From positions 960,001-1,024,000 of the forward strand of contig CAWGYD010000006.1 in the NCBI GenBank assembly GCA_963826785.1: a stretch of DNA of 64,000 nt. Direction: 5' to 3'. The notes below the pieces were generated by a model. The model was not told the origin of the DNA. It saw only the letters and a program-made list of their open reading frames with translations, and ran no database searches. The position numbers and the translations under genes are program-made. This DNA is from an uncultured delta proteobacterium (GTDB lineage Bacteria > Desulfobacterota > Desulfobacteria > Desulfobacterales > Desulfosalsimonadaceae). Positions 1-9,509 of this stretch are shown in pieces (within the stretch, counting starts at the first letter, position 1; every line of letters starts with the position of its first letter).

Positions 1-370
1 CAATTCGTTTTTCATGCAGGGGGGTGCCTTTCGAAAACATTACGGGATCATCACCGCAGATGATCTCGCGCAAAATAATTGAAAACAGTTGATTAAGCGG
101 TCAGAATTCTGATAAATAATTGCCTGCACGGAAAGTGCAGACTCGGGTTCAGGGCATTTCCACCCGTGCCGGACGGGGCCAAAAGATGCATTTTGACGTC
201 CGGCATTGAATAATAACCCCCACCGGCTGGAAGAAGCCTTGGTTTAAGGGAACCGGCGGGGGGAGCAAGAAAAACTGGAAACAGCACTCCTTGAACTCGG
301 GGCAGATCCTAACAGCAAAACCGTCACCGGTCAACTTGAAAGTCCCCCTATGCGCACCGCAGAATCCCTG

Positions 371-1114
371 ATGGATATGGGTCACCCATTTGAATCGATT
401 GCATCCGCCACGGACGGACCCGGCGCCAATCCGCTGGTCCGGATGTTTCGGGTGAGCAAGCGGTATGCCGGAAAGCAGGCCCTGGCCGATGTCACCCTGG
501 ATATCGCGAGAAATGATTTTATCTTCATCACCGGGCCCAGCGGTGCGGGGAAGTCGACTCTGATCAAGATGCTGTACCTGGGGGAAAAGATCTCGACCGG
601 TTCCATCCTGATCGACGGGGTGAACCTGGCCCGGATCACCCCGAAACAGGTTCCGCAGCTGAGACGCAAATTCGGCATCATCTTTCAGGATTTCAAGTTG
701 ATCCCCGGCCGGACTGTGTACGAAAACGTCTCTTTGGTGCTGGAGGTGGCGGGGGTGCGGCCGGCGGAAATCCGGCCCCGGGTGGAGGCCGCCCTGATCC
801 GGGTGGGCATTGCCGATAGGGCCGATGCGTTTCCGCAGATCCTTTCCGGCGGGGAAAAGCAGCGGGTGGCGGTGGCCCGGGCCATGGTGGGGGAGCCCAT
901 GATCGTCCTGGCCGATGAACCCACCGGTAGTCTGGATCCGGATTCGGCCCAGGTGATATTCGACATGTTCAAGTCCGTCCACGCCGCCGGGACCACCGTG
1001 ATCATCGCCACCCACGACAGGGACATGATCCGGTCGTATCCGGCCAGGATCATCCGGCTGGAAGACGGCCGGTTAACGGACGAATTCGATTTTCAGCAGG
1101 TGAGCGCATCATGA
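371..1114 (+). CDS. ftsE: Cell division ABC transporter ATP-binding protein FtsE
   Basis: Walker A GPSGAGKST, LRRKFGIIFQDFKL, LSGGEKQRVAVARA, LADEPTG; overlaps ftsX (ATGA). Start uncertain (350/371/377). Confidence 0.9.
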   Translation: MDMGHPFESIASATDGPGANPLVRMFRVSKRYAGKQALADVTLDIARNDFIFITGPSGAGKSTLIKMLYLGEKISTGSILIDGVNLARITPKQVPQLRRKFGIIFQDFKLIPGRTVYENVSLVLEVAGVRPAEIRPRVEAALIRVGIADRADAFPQILSGGEKQRVAVARAMVGEPMIVLADEPTGSLDPDSAQVIFDMFKSVHAAGTTVIIATHDRDMIRSYPARIIRLEDGRLTDEFDFQQVSAS

Positions 1115-1989
1115 TGCCGGCGCTCAGGCGTGCATTCCGGGATTTAAAGCGCCATGCGTTTCTGCAGATTCTCTGCGGGGCCACCATTGCCCTGTCGGTG
1201 TTTATCGTTAGCGCATTTTTGCTGTTTTACATCAATGCCACCGACCTGCTGGATGCCTGGAAAAAGGGCGTGCGGATGATCGTCTACCTCGAGGAAAACA
1301 CCCCCCCGGACCGGCAGGACTTCCTCATGAAGACCATCGGTTCATACGGTGGCGTGGCGGGGGTGACGTTTGTTTCCGGGAAGAGCGCCTTTGAGGATCT
1401 GAAATCTAAAATCGGGGGTCAGTCCTCCATCCTGGAGGGCCTGGAAGGCAGCCCCCTGCCGGATGCAATTGAAATCCGGCTGATGGATGACATGCGGGAT
1501 ATGGCGGCCATCGAGGACCTGGCCACGAAATTATCGGCCCTGTCGTCGGTGGAGGATGTGGAATACGCCCAGAAATGGCTGCTGCGATTTACCGGCGTTT
1601 ATAACCTGTTCAAATTTACCGGTCTGGTGCTGGCCGGGATGTTTTTCATCGCCACGCTGCTGATCGTGGCCAATACCATCCGCATGATCATGTATGCCCG
1701 GCAGGAAGAGATCCAGATCATGCGGATCGTAGGGGCCACGGAAAGCTTCATCCAGTATCCGCTCTTTTTCGAATCGCTGATGCAGGGGCTGGCGGGATCG
1801 GTGGCCGGCATTTCGCTGCTTTATGCGGCCTACGTCCTCACCATGCCCAGATTCGAACAAACCATGATGTTCTCTTTTTTCAACGTCCAGTTTATTCCCC
1901 TGACGTTTACCATTGGCATCATCGTTTGCAGCATGGTGATCGGGTGGGTGGGGTGCTGGTTTTCCATCAGGCGGTTTTTAAAGACATGA
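1111..1989 (+). CDS. ftsX: Cell division permease FtsX
   Basis: 4 TM segments with a large periplasmic loop, NTIR...RQEEIQIMRIVGAT motif; follows ftsE. Confidence 0.9.
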   Translation: MMPALRRAFRDLKRHAFLQILCGATIALSVFIVSAFLLFYINATDLLDAWKKGVRMIVYLEENTPPDRQDFLMKTIGSYGGVAGVTFVSGKSAFEDLKSKIGGQSSILEGLEGSPLPDAIEIRLMDDMRDMAAIEDLATKLSALSSVEDVEYAQKWLLRFTGVYNLFKFTGLVLAGMFFIATLLIVANTIRMIMYARQEEIQIMRIVGATESFIQYPLFFESLMQGLAGSVAGISLLYAAYVLTMPRFEQTMMFSFFNVQFIPLTFTIGIIVCSMVIGWVGCWFSIRRFLKT

Positions 1990-3395
1990 TCCGTCGCCTC
2001 CGTGATGCGTTCAACCTGCTGTTGGTGTGGGGGGTGGTTGCCTGGTGGATTCTGATGCTTTTATCTCCGGTGCGCGCATCGTGCATGGAAAGCCGGGAGG
2101 TGGGGGTGATCAACGTCGACCGGCTGAACATGCGGACCGCCCCCGGCCTGTCTTATCCCGTGATCAAGGTGCTGGGCAGGGATACCCGGGTGCGGGTGAT
2201 GGCGCATACCGGCGAGTGGCTGAAGGTTGATCACGAAGGCGATGTCGGCTTCATCAGCGGCAGTAGCGAGTATGTGAGCATTTACACCATCCACACCATT
2301 ACCGATGATCATCGGACAGACCTGGAGACGGCCCGGGAAAAGGCTGAAGGCATCCACCAGGAAATCAAGGCCAAAGAATCGGACCTGTCGGCTTTCAGCC
2401 GCCAGGAAAAGCAGATCCTCAGCCGGATGCAGGAGATCGATGTTCAGCTGAACCGGACCCGGCGGGAAGCATCTGAAATCAAGACGGAACTGGCCGTAAC
2501 CGCCACCGGCCTTGCGGATCTGGAGGTCGATGTCGCATCATTACAAAAGGAAATCGATGCCGGCCGGGAGTATGCGATCAAGCGGATGACCGCCCTTTAC
2601 AAGCTCAACATGCTGGGGGAAATGAACCTTTTGGCCTCCGCCACCTCCTTGAGCGACCTGATGAAGCAGCAATCGGCGATGGAACGGATTTTATCCCGCG
2701 ACTACAGCTTGATTTCGAAGCTGGTGGGCCGAAAAGAAAAACAGGCGGCCCTGCTTCACCGGCTCAGTACGGAGAAGGCCAGAATGCAGGATCTTCAAAA
2801 TGACTACGCGGCGACGATTGCGCGGCTGGCTGCGGAAAAGAAGGAGCGGGAAAGCGTCCTTTTGGAGATCAAAACCCAGAAAACCAACCGTATGGCCGCC
2901 ATCAAGTATTTGAAACAGGCCGCACTGCACCTGGACCAGACCATTTCCCAGCTGAGTACGCCGGCGCCGGACGTCAAAAATAAAACCTCTTTTGCCGCAT
3001 ATCAGGGGTTGCTAAAAAAGCCTGTTGAAGGTAAAGTCACCTTTTCTTATGGAAAATATGTGGATCCGCAGTCCGGGGTGGCCAACTTTCATAACGGTAT
3101 TGAAATACAGGCAGAGCGCGGCGCGCCCGTTCGGGCAGTCTTTTCGGGGCAGACGATTTTTTCCAGCTGGTTGAAGGGTTATGGCAATGTGATTATCATT
3201 GCCCACGGTGACAGCTACCACACCGTCTATGCGCACGCGGATGAACTGTTCCGGGCAAAGGGCGAACGCGTGGAAGCGGGCGAGGTGATCGCCACCGTGG
3301 GGGATACCGGCGCCCTGAACGGACCTTCCCTGTATTTTGAAATCCGTTGTCATGGAAATCCTGTGGATCCGCTCAAGTGGATCAATAACAGTTAA
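1986..3395 (+). CDS. envC: Murein hydrolase activator EnvC-like protein (SH3b + coiled coil + degenerate M23/LytM)
   Basis: SH3b-like LNMRTAPG...GEWLKV..GFI, long coiled coil, C-terminal HNGIEI/GYGNVIII.H/YAH/LYFEIR; ATG at 1986 overlaps ftsX stop. Confidence 0.8.
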   Translation: MIRRLRDAFNLLLVWGVVAWWILMLLSPVRASCMESREVGVINVDRLNMRTAPGLSYPVIKVLGRDTRVRVMAHTGEWLKVDHEGDVGFISGSSEYVSIYTIHTITDDHRTDLETAREKAEGIHQEIKAKESDLSAFSRQEKQILSRMQEIDVQLNRTRREASEIKTELAVTATGLADLEVDVASLQKEIDAGREYAIKRMTALYKLNMLGEMNLLASATSLSDLMKQQSAMERILSRDYSLISKLVGRKEKQAALLHRLSTEKARMQDLQNDYAATIARLAAEKKERESVLLEIKTQKTNRMAAIKYLKQAALHLDQTISQLSTPAPDVKNKTSFAAYQGLLKKPVEGKVTFSYGKYVDPQSGVANFHNGIEIQAERGAPVRAVFSGQTIFSSWLKGYGNVIIIAHGDSYHTVYAHADELFRAKGERVEAGEVIATVGDTGALNGPSLYFEIRCHGNPVDPLKWINNS

Positions 3396-3410
3396 AAGGA
3401 GTAATATCGA

Positions 3411-4844
3411 ATGTCCGAAAAAATCAGGCAATGGCTGAAAAGCGGTCTCATGGTTGTTCTCATAGCGCTTATCGTCAGCTTCGCTACCGGTGTCAACGGC
3501 GACCTGACCCAGCCGCACGAAGAAACCTACGAAGGGCTGAAGCTTTTCAGCGATGTCATTGAAGAAGTTGAAAAAAATTATGTGGAACCGGTTGATCCCA
3601 ATGAATTGATACAAAATGCCATCAAGGGGATGGTGAACAACCTGGATCCCCATTCGGCCTTTCTCCCGCCGGAAGCTTTTGGTGAGCTTCAGACGGAAAC
3701 CAAGGGCGAATTCGGCGGCATCGGCATCGTGATCACCAAGGAGGACAATCGGCTGATGGTTATTTCTCCCATCGAGGGGACCCCCGCATACAAGGCCGGC
3801 ATCAAGGCCCAGGACACCATCATCCAGATCGAAGGCAAATCCACAAAGGATATGGAACTCTGGGAAGCCGTGAAGCTGATGCGCGGGGAGGCCGGATCTC
3901 CGGTTGAAATCACTATTTTCAGGGAAGGGGCTGAAGAGCCGATGAGCTTCACCCTGGTCCGGGACATCATTCCCTTAGACAGCGTGCGATTCGTGGAACT
4001 CAAGCCCGGTTACGGATACATCTGGATTACCAATTTCAGGGAAAATACGGAAGACGAAGTCAAAAAGGCCCTTACCACCCTTGAGGCCAGCAAAAATCCA
4101 TTAAAGGGGCTGATCGTGGACCTGCGCGACAATCCCGGCGGCCTTCTGGACCAGTCGGTGAAGGTGTCCGATCTTTTTCTGGAATCCGGCACCATCGTCA
4201 GCATCAAAGGCCGCGACGGCAAGGAGCTTGAAACCTATACGGCCCATCCGGATGCCTTGGCCAAGGATTTCCCCATCGTGCTGCTGGTAAACGGCGGAAG
4301 CGCCAGCGCGGCGGAAATCGTGGCCGGTGCGCTCCAGGACAATCACCGGGCCCTGGTACTGGGGACCACCTCCTTCGGCAAGGGGTCGGTGCAGACCGTC
4401 CGGCCGCTGCGGGACGGATACGCTTTGAAGTACACGATCGCACGGTATTATACGCCCAGCGGTCGCTCCATTCAGGCCGAAGGGATCAAGCCGGACCTGC
4501 TGGTCAAGCGGCGTCTTTTGGATGAATCCGCCGGCGACGGAGTGGATGCCAACATGCTCAAGGAGGGCGATCTCAAAAATCACCTGCGGTCCGAAAAGGA
4601 GTTGAACGGCGAGGTCGCGCCGGGAACCGAAAAGGACAGGGCCCTGGAAAAGGCAAAGGAAAAGCCGAAGAAGGAAAACGAGGCCGACGATGAAACCGAT
4701 ACCAAAAAGATCCTGCGGCTGCGCGATACCCTTTACAAAAGCGGAGAATCGAACCCGGATGCGCTGCTGATGGATTCCCAGGTCAACCGGGCCTACGAGA
4801 TCCTGAAGGGGTACGAGATCTTCAAAGGGTTGTCTTTGAAATAG
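3411..4844 (+). CDS. ctpA: Carboxyl-terminal processing protease, S41 family (PDZ)
   Basis: GEFGGIGI PDZ, DLRDNPGGLL, SASAAEIVAGALQD, SFGKGSVQ, ARYYTPSG; RBS AAGGAG. Confidence 0.92.
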   Translation: MSEKIRQWLKSGLMVVLIALIVSFATGVNGDLTQPHEETYEGLKLFSDVIEEVEKNYVEPVDPNELIQNAIKGMVNNLDPHSAFLPPEAFGELQTETKGEFGGIGIVITKEDNRLMVISPIEGTPAYKAGIKAQDTIIQIEGKSTKDMELWEAVKLMRGEAGSPVEITIFREGAEEPMSFTLVRDIIPLDSVRFVELKPGYGYIWITNFRENTEDEVKKALTTLEASKNPLKGLIVDLRDNPGGLLDQSVKVSDLFLESGTIVSIKGRDGKELETYTAHPDALAKDFPIVLLVNGGSASAAEIVAGALQDNHRALVLGTTSFGKGSVQTVRPLRDGYALKYTIARYYTPSGRSIQAEGIKPDLLVKRRLLDESAGDGVDANMLKEGDLKNHLRSEKELNGEVAPGTEKDRALEKAKEKPKKENEADDETDTKKILRLRDTLYKSGESNPDALLMDSQVNRAYEILKGYEIFKGLSLK

Positions 4845-4870
4845 CTTTTATTTAAAAATTGATCCATAAG

Positions 4871-4911
4871 GGGCGCGAACAGAGATTTTTTCTGTTCGCG
4901 TCTTTTTTTTT
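4871..4911 (+). terminator. Rho-independent terminator after ctpA
   Basis: CGCGAACAGA / TCTGTTCGCG stem followed by a long T run. Confidence 0.8.
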
Positions 4912-5056
4912 CGGGGTGGACGGCTGCGCCCGTGTAAAAGGGTAGACCCCGGTCCGCCTTTTCTGGTATAGGATCATGGCAATATCATGGATGCCATCAA
5001 GGCCGCTTTTTGCGGTCCTTGTCATTGCCCGCTCACTTTTTAATCGAATCCGTCAG

Positions 5057-6169
5057 ATGGCAGCAGAAAAAAGAGGCCGGCCCGCCGTTTCAAAAAAGGC
5101 GGCACCGAAAAAGAAGACCGCCCCGGCCCGGAAGGGCACGGCATCCAAAAATCCCCCCAAGAAGGCCGCCGCCAAGCCGAAGCCGAGAGCTTCTGCTGCC
5201 CGGAAAAAACGACCCCAGGCGACACCGCCGCCGGGGTTTAAGGCCCAATTTTATTCCCTCATGGTGACGCTCGTCCTCATTCTTGCAGCGGCGGCTGCGG
5301 GATATGTACTGCTTCACCCCCAGCAATCCCCCCTTCAACTGCTGCATCCGAAGACACCGGCAAAGACCGCAGCGGAACAAGCGGTCAAACCGCTCAAAAT
5401 CACCCAGTTCAAGAAGCCGGAGTTTGAAATCTTTCCCATAGAGCCTATCCCGCCCCGAAAGTCGAGCCTTTCGGAAAAGCCCGTGGCGATTCCCGAGGAC
5501 CGCCTCCCCAAGGTGGCCCTGATAATTGATGATCTGGGATACAATCGGGAGACCGACCGGAAATTCATCAACCTGGGGATAAACATCACGTGTGCGATTC
5601 TTCCGAAAAGCGAATTTGGCGCGCAAACGGCCCGGCTGGCCGAAAAAAACGGTCTTGAAACCATGCTTCACCAGCCCATGGAACCCAATGAATATCCGGG
5701 GATCGACCCCGGGCCCGGCGCGCTGCTGGCCGCCATGGCGCCGGATGAGCGGATCGCCATATTGAAGGCCAACCTGGACGCGCTGCCCGGCATCAAGGGG
5801 GTGAACAACCATATGGGTTCGAAGCTGACCACCCTGTCCGATGAGATGAACCAGGTCTTCACCGTTTTGAAACAGCGCAGGCTCTTTTTCATCGACAGCC
5901 GGACCACAGCCGCCACCCAGACCCGGTCATCGGCCCGGCTGTTCAAGGTGCCCTTTGCCGAACGCGATGTGTTTATCGATCATGTCCGCACCAGAGAATC
6001 GATTCGAAAACAGATCGAGGCGTTAATCAATATCGCCCAGATTAATGGCCGGGCCGTGGGCATCGGCCACCCCCACGAGATCACCTATGAAGTGCTAAAA
6101 GAGATGCTGCCGCAGCTGCGGGCCCGGGTGGAACTGGTCCCCGCCTCCAAAATCGTGGCCGTGCCCTGA
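5057..6169 (+). CDS. Divergent polysaccharide deacetylase family protein (YibQ-like)
   Basis: Basic K/A/P-rich N-terminus, one TM, IIDDLG, HQPMEP, NNHMGS, FIDSRT, RDVFID, IGHP motifs; usual neighbour of envC/ctpA. Confidence 0.88.
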   Translation: MAAEKRGRPAVSKKAAPKKKTAPARKGTASKNPPKKAAAKPKPRASAARKKRPQATPPPGFKAQFYSLMVTLVLILAAAAAGYVLLHPQQSPLQLLHPKTPAKTAAEQAVKPLKITQFKKPEFEIFPIEPIPPRKSSLSEKPVAIPEDRLPKVALIIDDLGYNRETDRKFINLGINITCAILPKSEFGAQTARLAEKNGLETMLHQPMEPNEYPGIDPGPGALLAAMAPDERIAILKANLDALPGIKGVNNHMGSKLTTLSDEMNQVFTVLKQRRLFFIDSRTTAATQTRSSARLFKVPFAERDVFIDHVRTRESIRKQIEALINIAQINGRAVGIGHPHEITYEVLKEMLPQLRARVELVPASKIVAVP

Positions 6170-6361
6170 GCCGTGCTTTTCCGCCCCTCGTTTTTCTTTT
6201 AAAAAATCATCCGGGTTATCCGCTAAATTTCATCAACGTCTTATTTGTGATGATTGATATTGATTACCGGGGGAAAACGGATGGCCGGGAAAAAATTCAA
6301 GGCATGATTAAGATTAGCGCAAGAGGGATAGTTAATCGATATGGATTGAAAAGGAGGAGCG

Positions 6362-7132
6362 ATGGACCTTCACCAGCGGGTCATGATCGTCACCGGCGGC
6401 GCACAAGGGATCGGCCGGGGGGTATCTGCCCATTTTCTGGAGCGGGGATGGCGGGTGGTCATGGCGGATATCGATGTCGAAGCGGGAGCCGAATGTGTGG
6501 CCGATTATGCCGAATATGGCGACAACCTTTTGTTTTTCGGAACCGATGTGGCAAATGAGGGTTCCGTTATCGACTGCATCGCGGAATGTGTGATTCAGTT
6601 CGGCCGGATCGATGCTCTGGTAAACAATGCCGGCATTGCCGATCCGCATGGCGCGCCGGTTTCCCAGTTGCCGCTTTCGGTTTGGAATCGGATTCTGAGC
6701 ACCAATCTCACCGGATGCTTCCTCATGGCCAAGCATGCCGTCCCTCACCTGCGCGGGGGCGGAGGGAGCATCATCAATATCGCCTCCACCCGGGCCATCC
6801 AGTCGGAGGCAGATACCGAGGCCTACGCCGCTTCCAAGGGGGGAATCGTGGCTCTCACCCATGCCCTCGCCGTATCACTGGGGCCGATGATCCGGGTCAA
6901 CTGCATCAGCCCGGGATGGATTGAAACGGGGCCATGGAAAAAAAACGAAAACCGGCAAGAGGCGCACCTGTCGGATGAAGACCATCGGCAGCACCCGGCC
7001 GGCCGGGTGGGCAGGCCTTCGGACATTGCCGCCCTGATCGATTACCTGGTATCGGATGGGGCCGGATTCGTCACCGGTCAGAATTTTATCATCGACGGCG
7101 GCATGACCCGGAAAATGATCTATTGGCAGTAA
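6362..7132 (+). CDS. Short-chain dehydrogenase/reductase (SDR)
   Basis: TGGAQGIG, NNAG, YAASK catalytic motif, SPGWI; RBS AGGAGG. Confidence 0.9.
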   Translation: MDLHQRVMIVTGGAQGIGRGVSAHFLERGWRVVMADIDVEAGAECVADYAEYGDNLLFFGTDVANEGSVIDCIAECVIQFGRIDALVNNAGIADPHGAPVSQLPLSVWNRILSTNLTGCFLMAKHAVPHLRGGGGSIINIASTRAIQSEADTEAYAASKGGIVALTHALAVSLGPMIRVNCISPGWIETGPWKKNENRQEAHLSDEDHRQHPAGRVGRPSDIAALIDYLVSDGAGFVTGQNFIIDGGMTRKMIYWQ

Positions 7133-7151
7133 CGGCCATTCATGCGGGGCG

Positions 7152-7784
7152 TTAATCGATCAGCTTATGCTTGAACGCATAATGCGTCAGTTCCGCGTTG
7201 TTGCTCAGTTTCATTTTCTCAAGGATTCTGGAGCGGTAAGTGCTGATGGTCTTTTCACTCAGGTTCAAGGTTTCAGCGATTTCCTTGACGATTTTTCCTG
7301 CAGAAATCATGCTAAATACCTGAAATTCCCGATCTGAGAGGCGTTCATGCGGTCGTTCGTCATGCTTGTCGTTCAGTGACCGGACCAGCTTTTCAGCCAG
7401 GGTATCGCTGATGTATTTCCCCCCGCTCGAAATTTTCCGGATCGCCGTGACCAGTTCATCCGGGGCGCTTTCCTTGGTCAGGTATCCGGACGCGCCGGCC
7501 TTCAGCACCCGCACCGCATACTGGTCTTCCGGGTGCATGCTCAATACCAGTATCGGCATGCGGGGCTTTTCGCTCTTCAGCTGTTTGATCACATCCAGGA
7601 CATTGGTCCCGGGCATGGTGATGTCGAGCACCAGGACATCATAATTTTTTTTGGAAGCCATCTCCAGAACTTCCCTTCCGCTTCTGGCTTCACCCGTCAC
7701 CGCCATTCCATGATTTTCCGTGATGATCTGTTTCAGACCCTCCCGGACGATGGCGTGGTCATCTGCAATCAGAATCTCGATCAT
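7152..7784 (-). CDS. NarL/FixJ (UvrY-like) DNA-binding response regulator
   Basis: ILIADDHAIVREG, LDITMPG, GYLTK receiver; LSDREFQV...LSEKTISTYRSRI LuxR HTH. Confidence 0.92.
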   Translation of the reverse strand: MIEILIADDHAIVREGLKQIITENHGMAVTGEARSGREVLEMASKKNYDVLVLDITMPGTNVLDVIKQLKSEKPRMPILVLSMHPEDQYAVRVLKAGASGYLTKESAPDELVTAIRKISSGGKYISDTLAEKLVRSLNDKHDERPHERLSDREFQVFSMISAGKIVKEIAETLNLSEKTISTYRSRILEKMKLSNNAELTHYAFKHKLID

Positions 7785-8186
7785 CAAACCCCTTTCCCCA
7801 TGCATGGACCCGGATGGCGGCCCGCCCTTTTCTGAGTGCGCAAAGTAGTTTCCTTAAAGGATAACCCCATTAAATTTTCCTTTACGGGCAAATTGAACAG
7901 ATGAGGCGCAATGAGCAGAATAGGGTCTCTTACCGTTTCTTTTCATATGAAATTCGATTCTGTTTGTCAATGAATTCAATTTTGTATTCCAATTGAATCG
8001 ATTCCGTTCCGTTATTTTGGGGAGCGTGCATTCCCGGGTGCAGAAAACTTTGTAAGACAAATACGGACAATGCGATGAGGAAAAACCTACAAAAATATCG
8101 GACAAACACGGATTTTATGAAAAGTCGTCTTCCACTATATAGAAAAGACACAAAGCGTTCATCTCAGAAATAATCACAGGCAAACC

Positions 8187-8858
8187 ATGCTGACCTACAA
8201 CCAGCTGAAACAGAAGTACGAGGCGCTTAAACAAAAATCTGCTCTCATCGAGCACTCGCTGAAGGAGCGAACCCGCTCGGAAGTCAAGTATCGGCTGCTG
8301 GTGGAAAACGCACCGGTGAATCTTCTGGTGATCGATTTGGGCGGCAAGATTCTGTTTGGCACACTTTGTCTGAATGGAAAGGCAAATCCGGAATTTATCG
8401 GAGAGTCGATTTTTACATTCATTCCAGCGCGATATCGCCAGAAAATGCGGAATAATCTGGCCTATATCGAAGAGACCGGCAAGAAGGGCCGTTTTATTAC
8501 GAAGCTCATGTATAACGGCATGGAGCGTTTTTATGAAATGCGGATCGCGCCGGTGGCGGTTGCCGGGAGCATTGTTTCCTATTGCATCAGCATCGGCAGA
8601 ATATCGGGGAAAAACCGGGTAGCCGCAGCAGCGGAATTATCGCAGGCCGATACCGCTGAAAGCAGCGAACACCCAGGTGGCGATCCGGTGGTGATATGCA
8701 GCCATTGCAAAAAAATTCAGGAGCAGGAAGGCGGATGGGACATGATCGAGACGTATCTGTTGAAATGCGGTCGATTGCCTTTCAGCCACGGCGTCTGTCC
8801 TGAATGCATGAAAACCTATTACCCATATCTCGGCGCAGGCCAGAAAGCAGTATCATGA
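8187..8858 (+). CDS. PAS-domain protein with C-terminal CxxC...HGxCxxC putative metal-binding domain
   Basis: Coiled coil, then YRLLVENAP PAS start; ICSHCKKI...FSHGVCPEC. Confidence 0.7.
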   Translation: MLTYNQLKQKYEALKQKSALIEHSLKERTRSEVKYRLLVENAPVNLLVIDLGGKILFGTLCLNGKANPEFIGESIFTFIPARYRQKMRNNLAYIEETGKKGRFITKLMYNGMERFYEMRIAPVAVAGSIVSYCISIGRISGKNRVAAAAELSQADTAESSEHPGGDPVVICSHCKKIQEQEGGWDMIETYLLKCGRLPFSHGVCPECMKTYYPYLGAGQKAVS

Positions 8859-9292
8859 ACTCAAAACCATCGCGGGCGGCCACGTTCAATATTCAAACAG
8901 AACCGGAAAATGCGGTGCCGGATCTCGGCCTTGAAGGGCCCTACGAACTCAACCCCATCATTATCGATATGGCTGTAAGAGAGCTTCTACCCGGCAATTA
9001 TGCCCTGGGCAATGTAAATGGTGAAGGGCATTTCAACGTCTGCTATGTGGGCCGGACCGATCGGGATTTGAGAAAGCAGCTTCGGTTCTGGTCCATCCGC
9101 AATCCCGGCTACAAATCATTCATGGCATCTTATGCGAAGAGTCCCGAAGCGGCCTTTTTGGTGGAATGCAGAAATTTTCATGATTTCGGCGGCTGCCAGA
9201 AACTCAAGAATGCCTTTCATCCCCGCCCTCCGGAAGGATCTGATATCCCCTGTCCGGTTTGCGGCGCCAAAGGGGGACCCCGCAGAACTTAA
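8855..9292 (+). CDS. Small hypothetical protein, GIY-YIG-like fold with C-terminal CPVC
   Basis: ATGA overlap with upstream stop; GNYALG...YVGRT, AFLVEC, CPVCG. Confidence 0.6.
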   Translation: MNSKPSRAATFNIQTEPENAVPDLGLEGPYELNPIIIDMAVRELLPGNYALGNVNGEGHFNVCYVGRTDRDLRKQLRFWSIRNPGYKSFMASYAKSPEAAFLVECRNFHDFGGCQKLKNAFHPRPPEGSDIPCPVCGAKGGPRRT

Positions 9293-9509
9293 AGTCCTGT
9301 TCTTGAGATTTTTTTTGAGCGCAGCAGGCATATCTTCACTTAAAAAGCGTTCCTATCCGCCGGTAAAAGAGCGCATGGCGCCTCTTTGGAATTCATCTTC
9401 GGTCGTCCGCCCACAGGTTTTATTCCCTGTTTACTTCCCTGTCAAAATTTTGTAATCTCACCTTTTTTCTTTTTCCATTCCGCATACACCCCTATATCCG
9501 GATGATGTT

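Noticed and set aside
1..15. Possible start (MKNEL...) of a minus-strand gene running off the left edge
   Set aside because: Only five codons visible; cannot be supported
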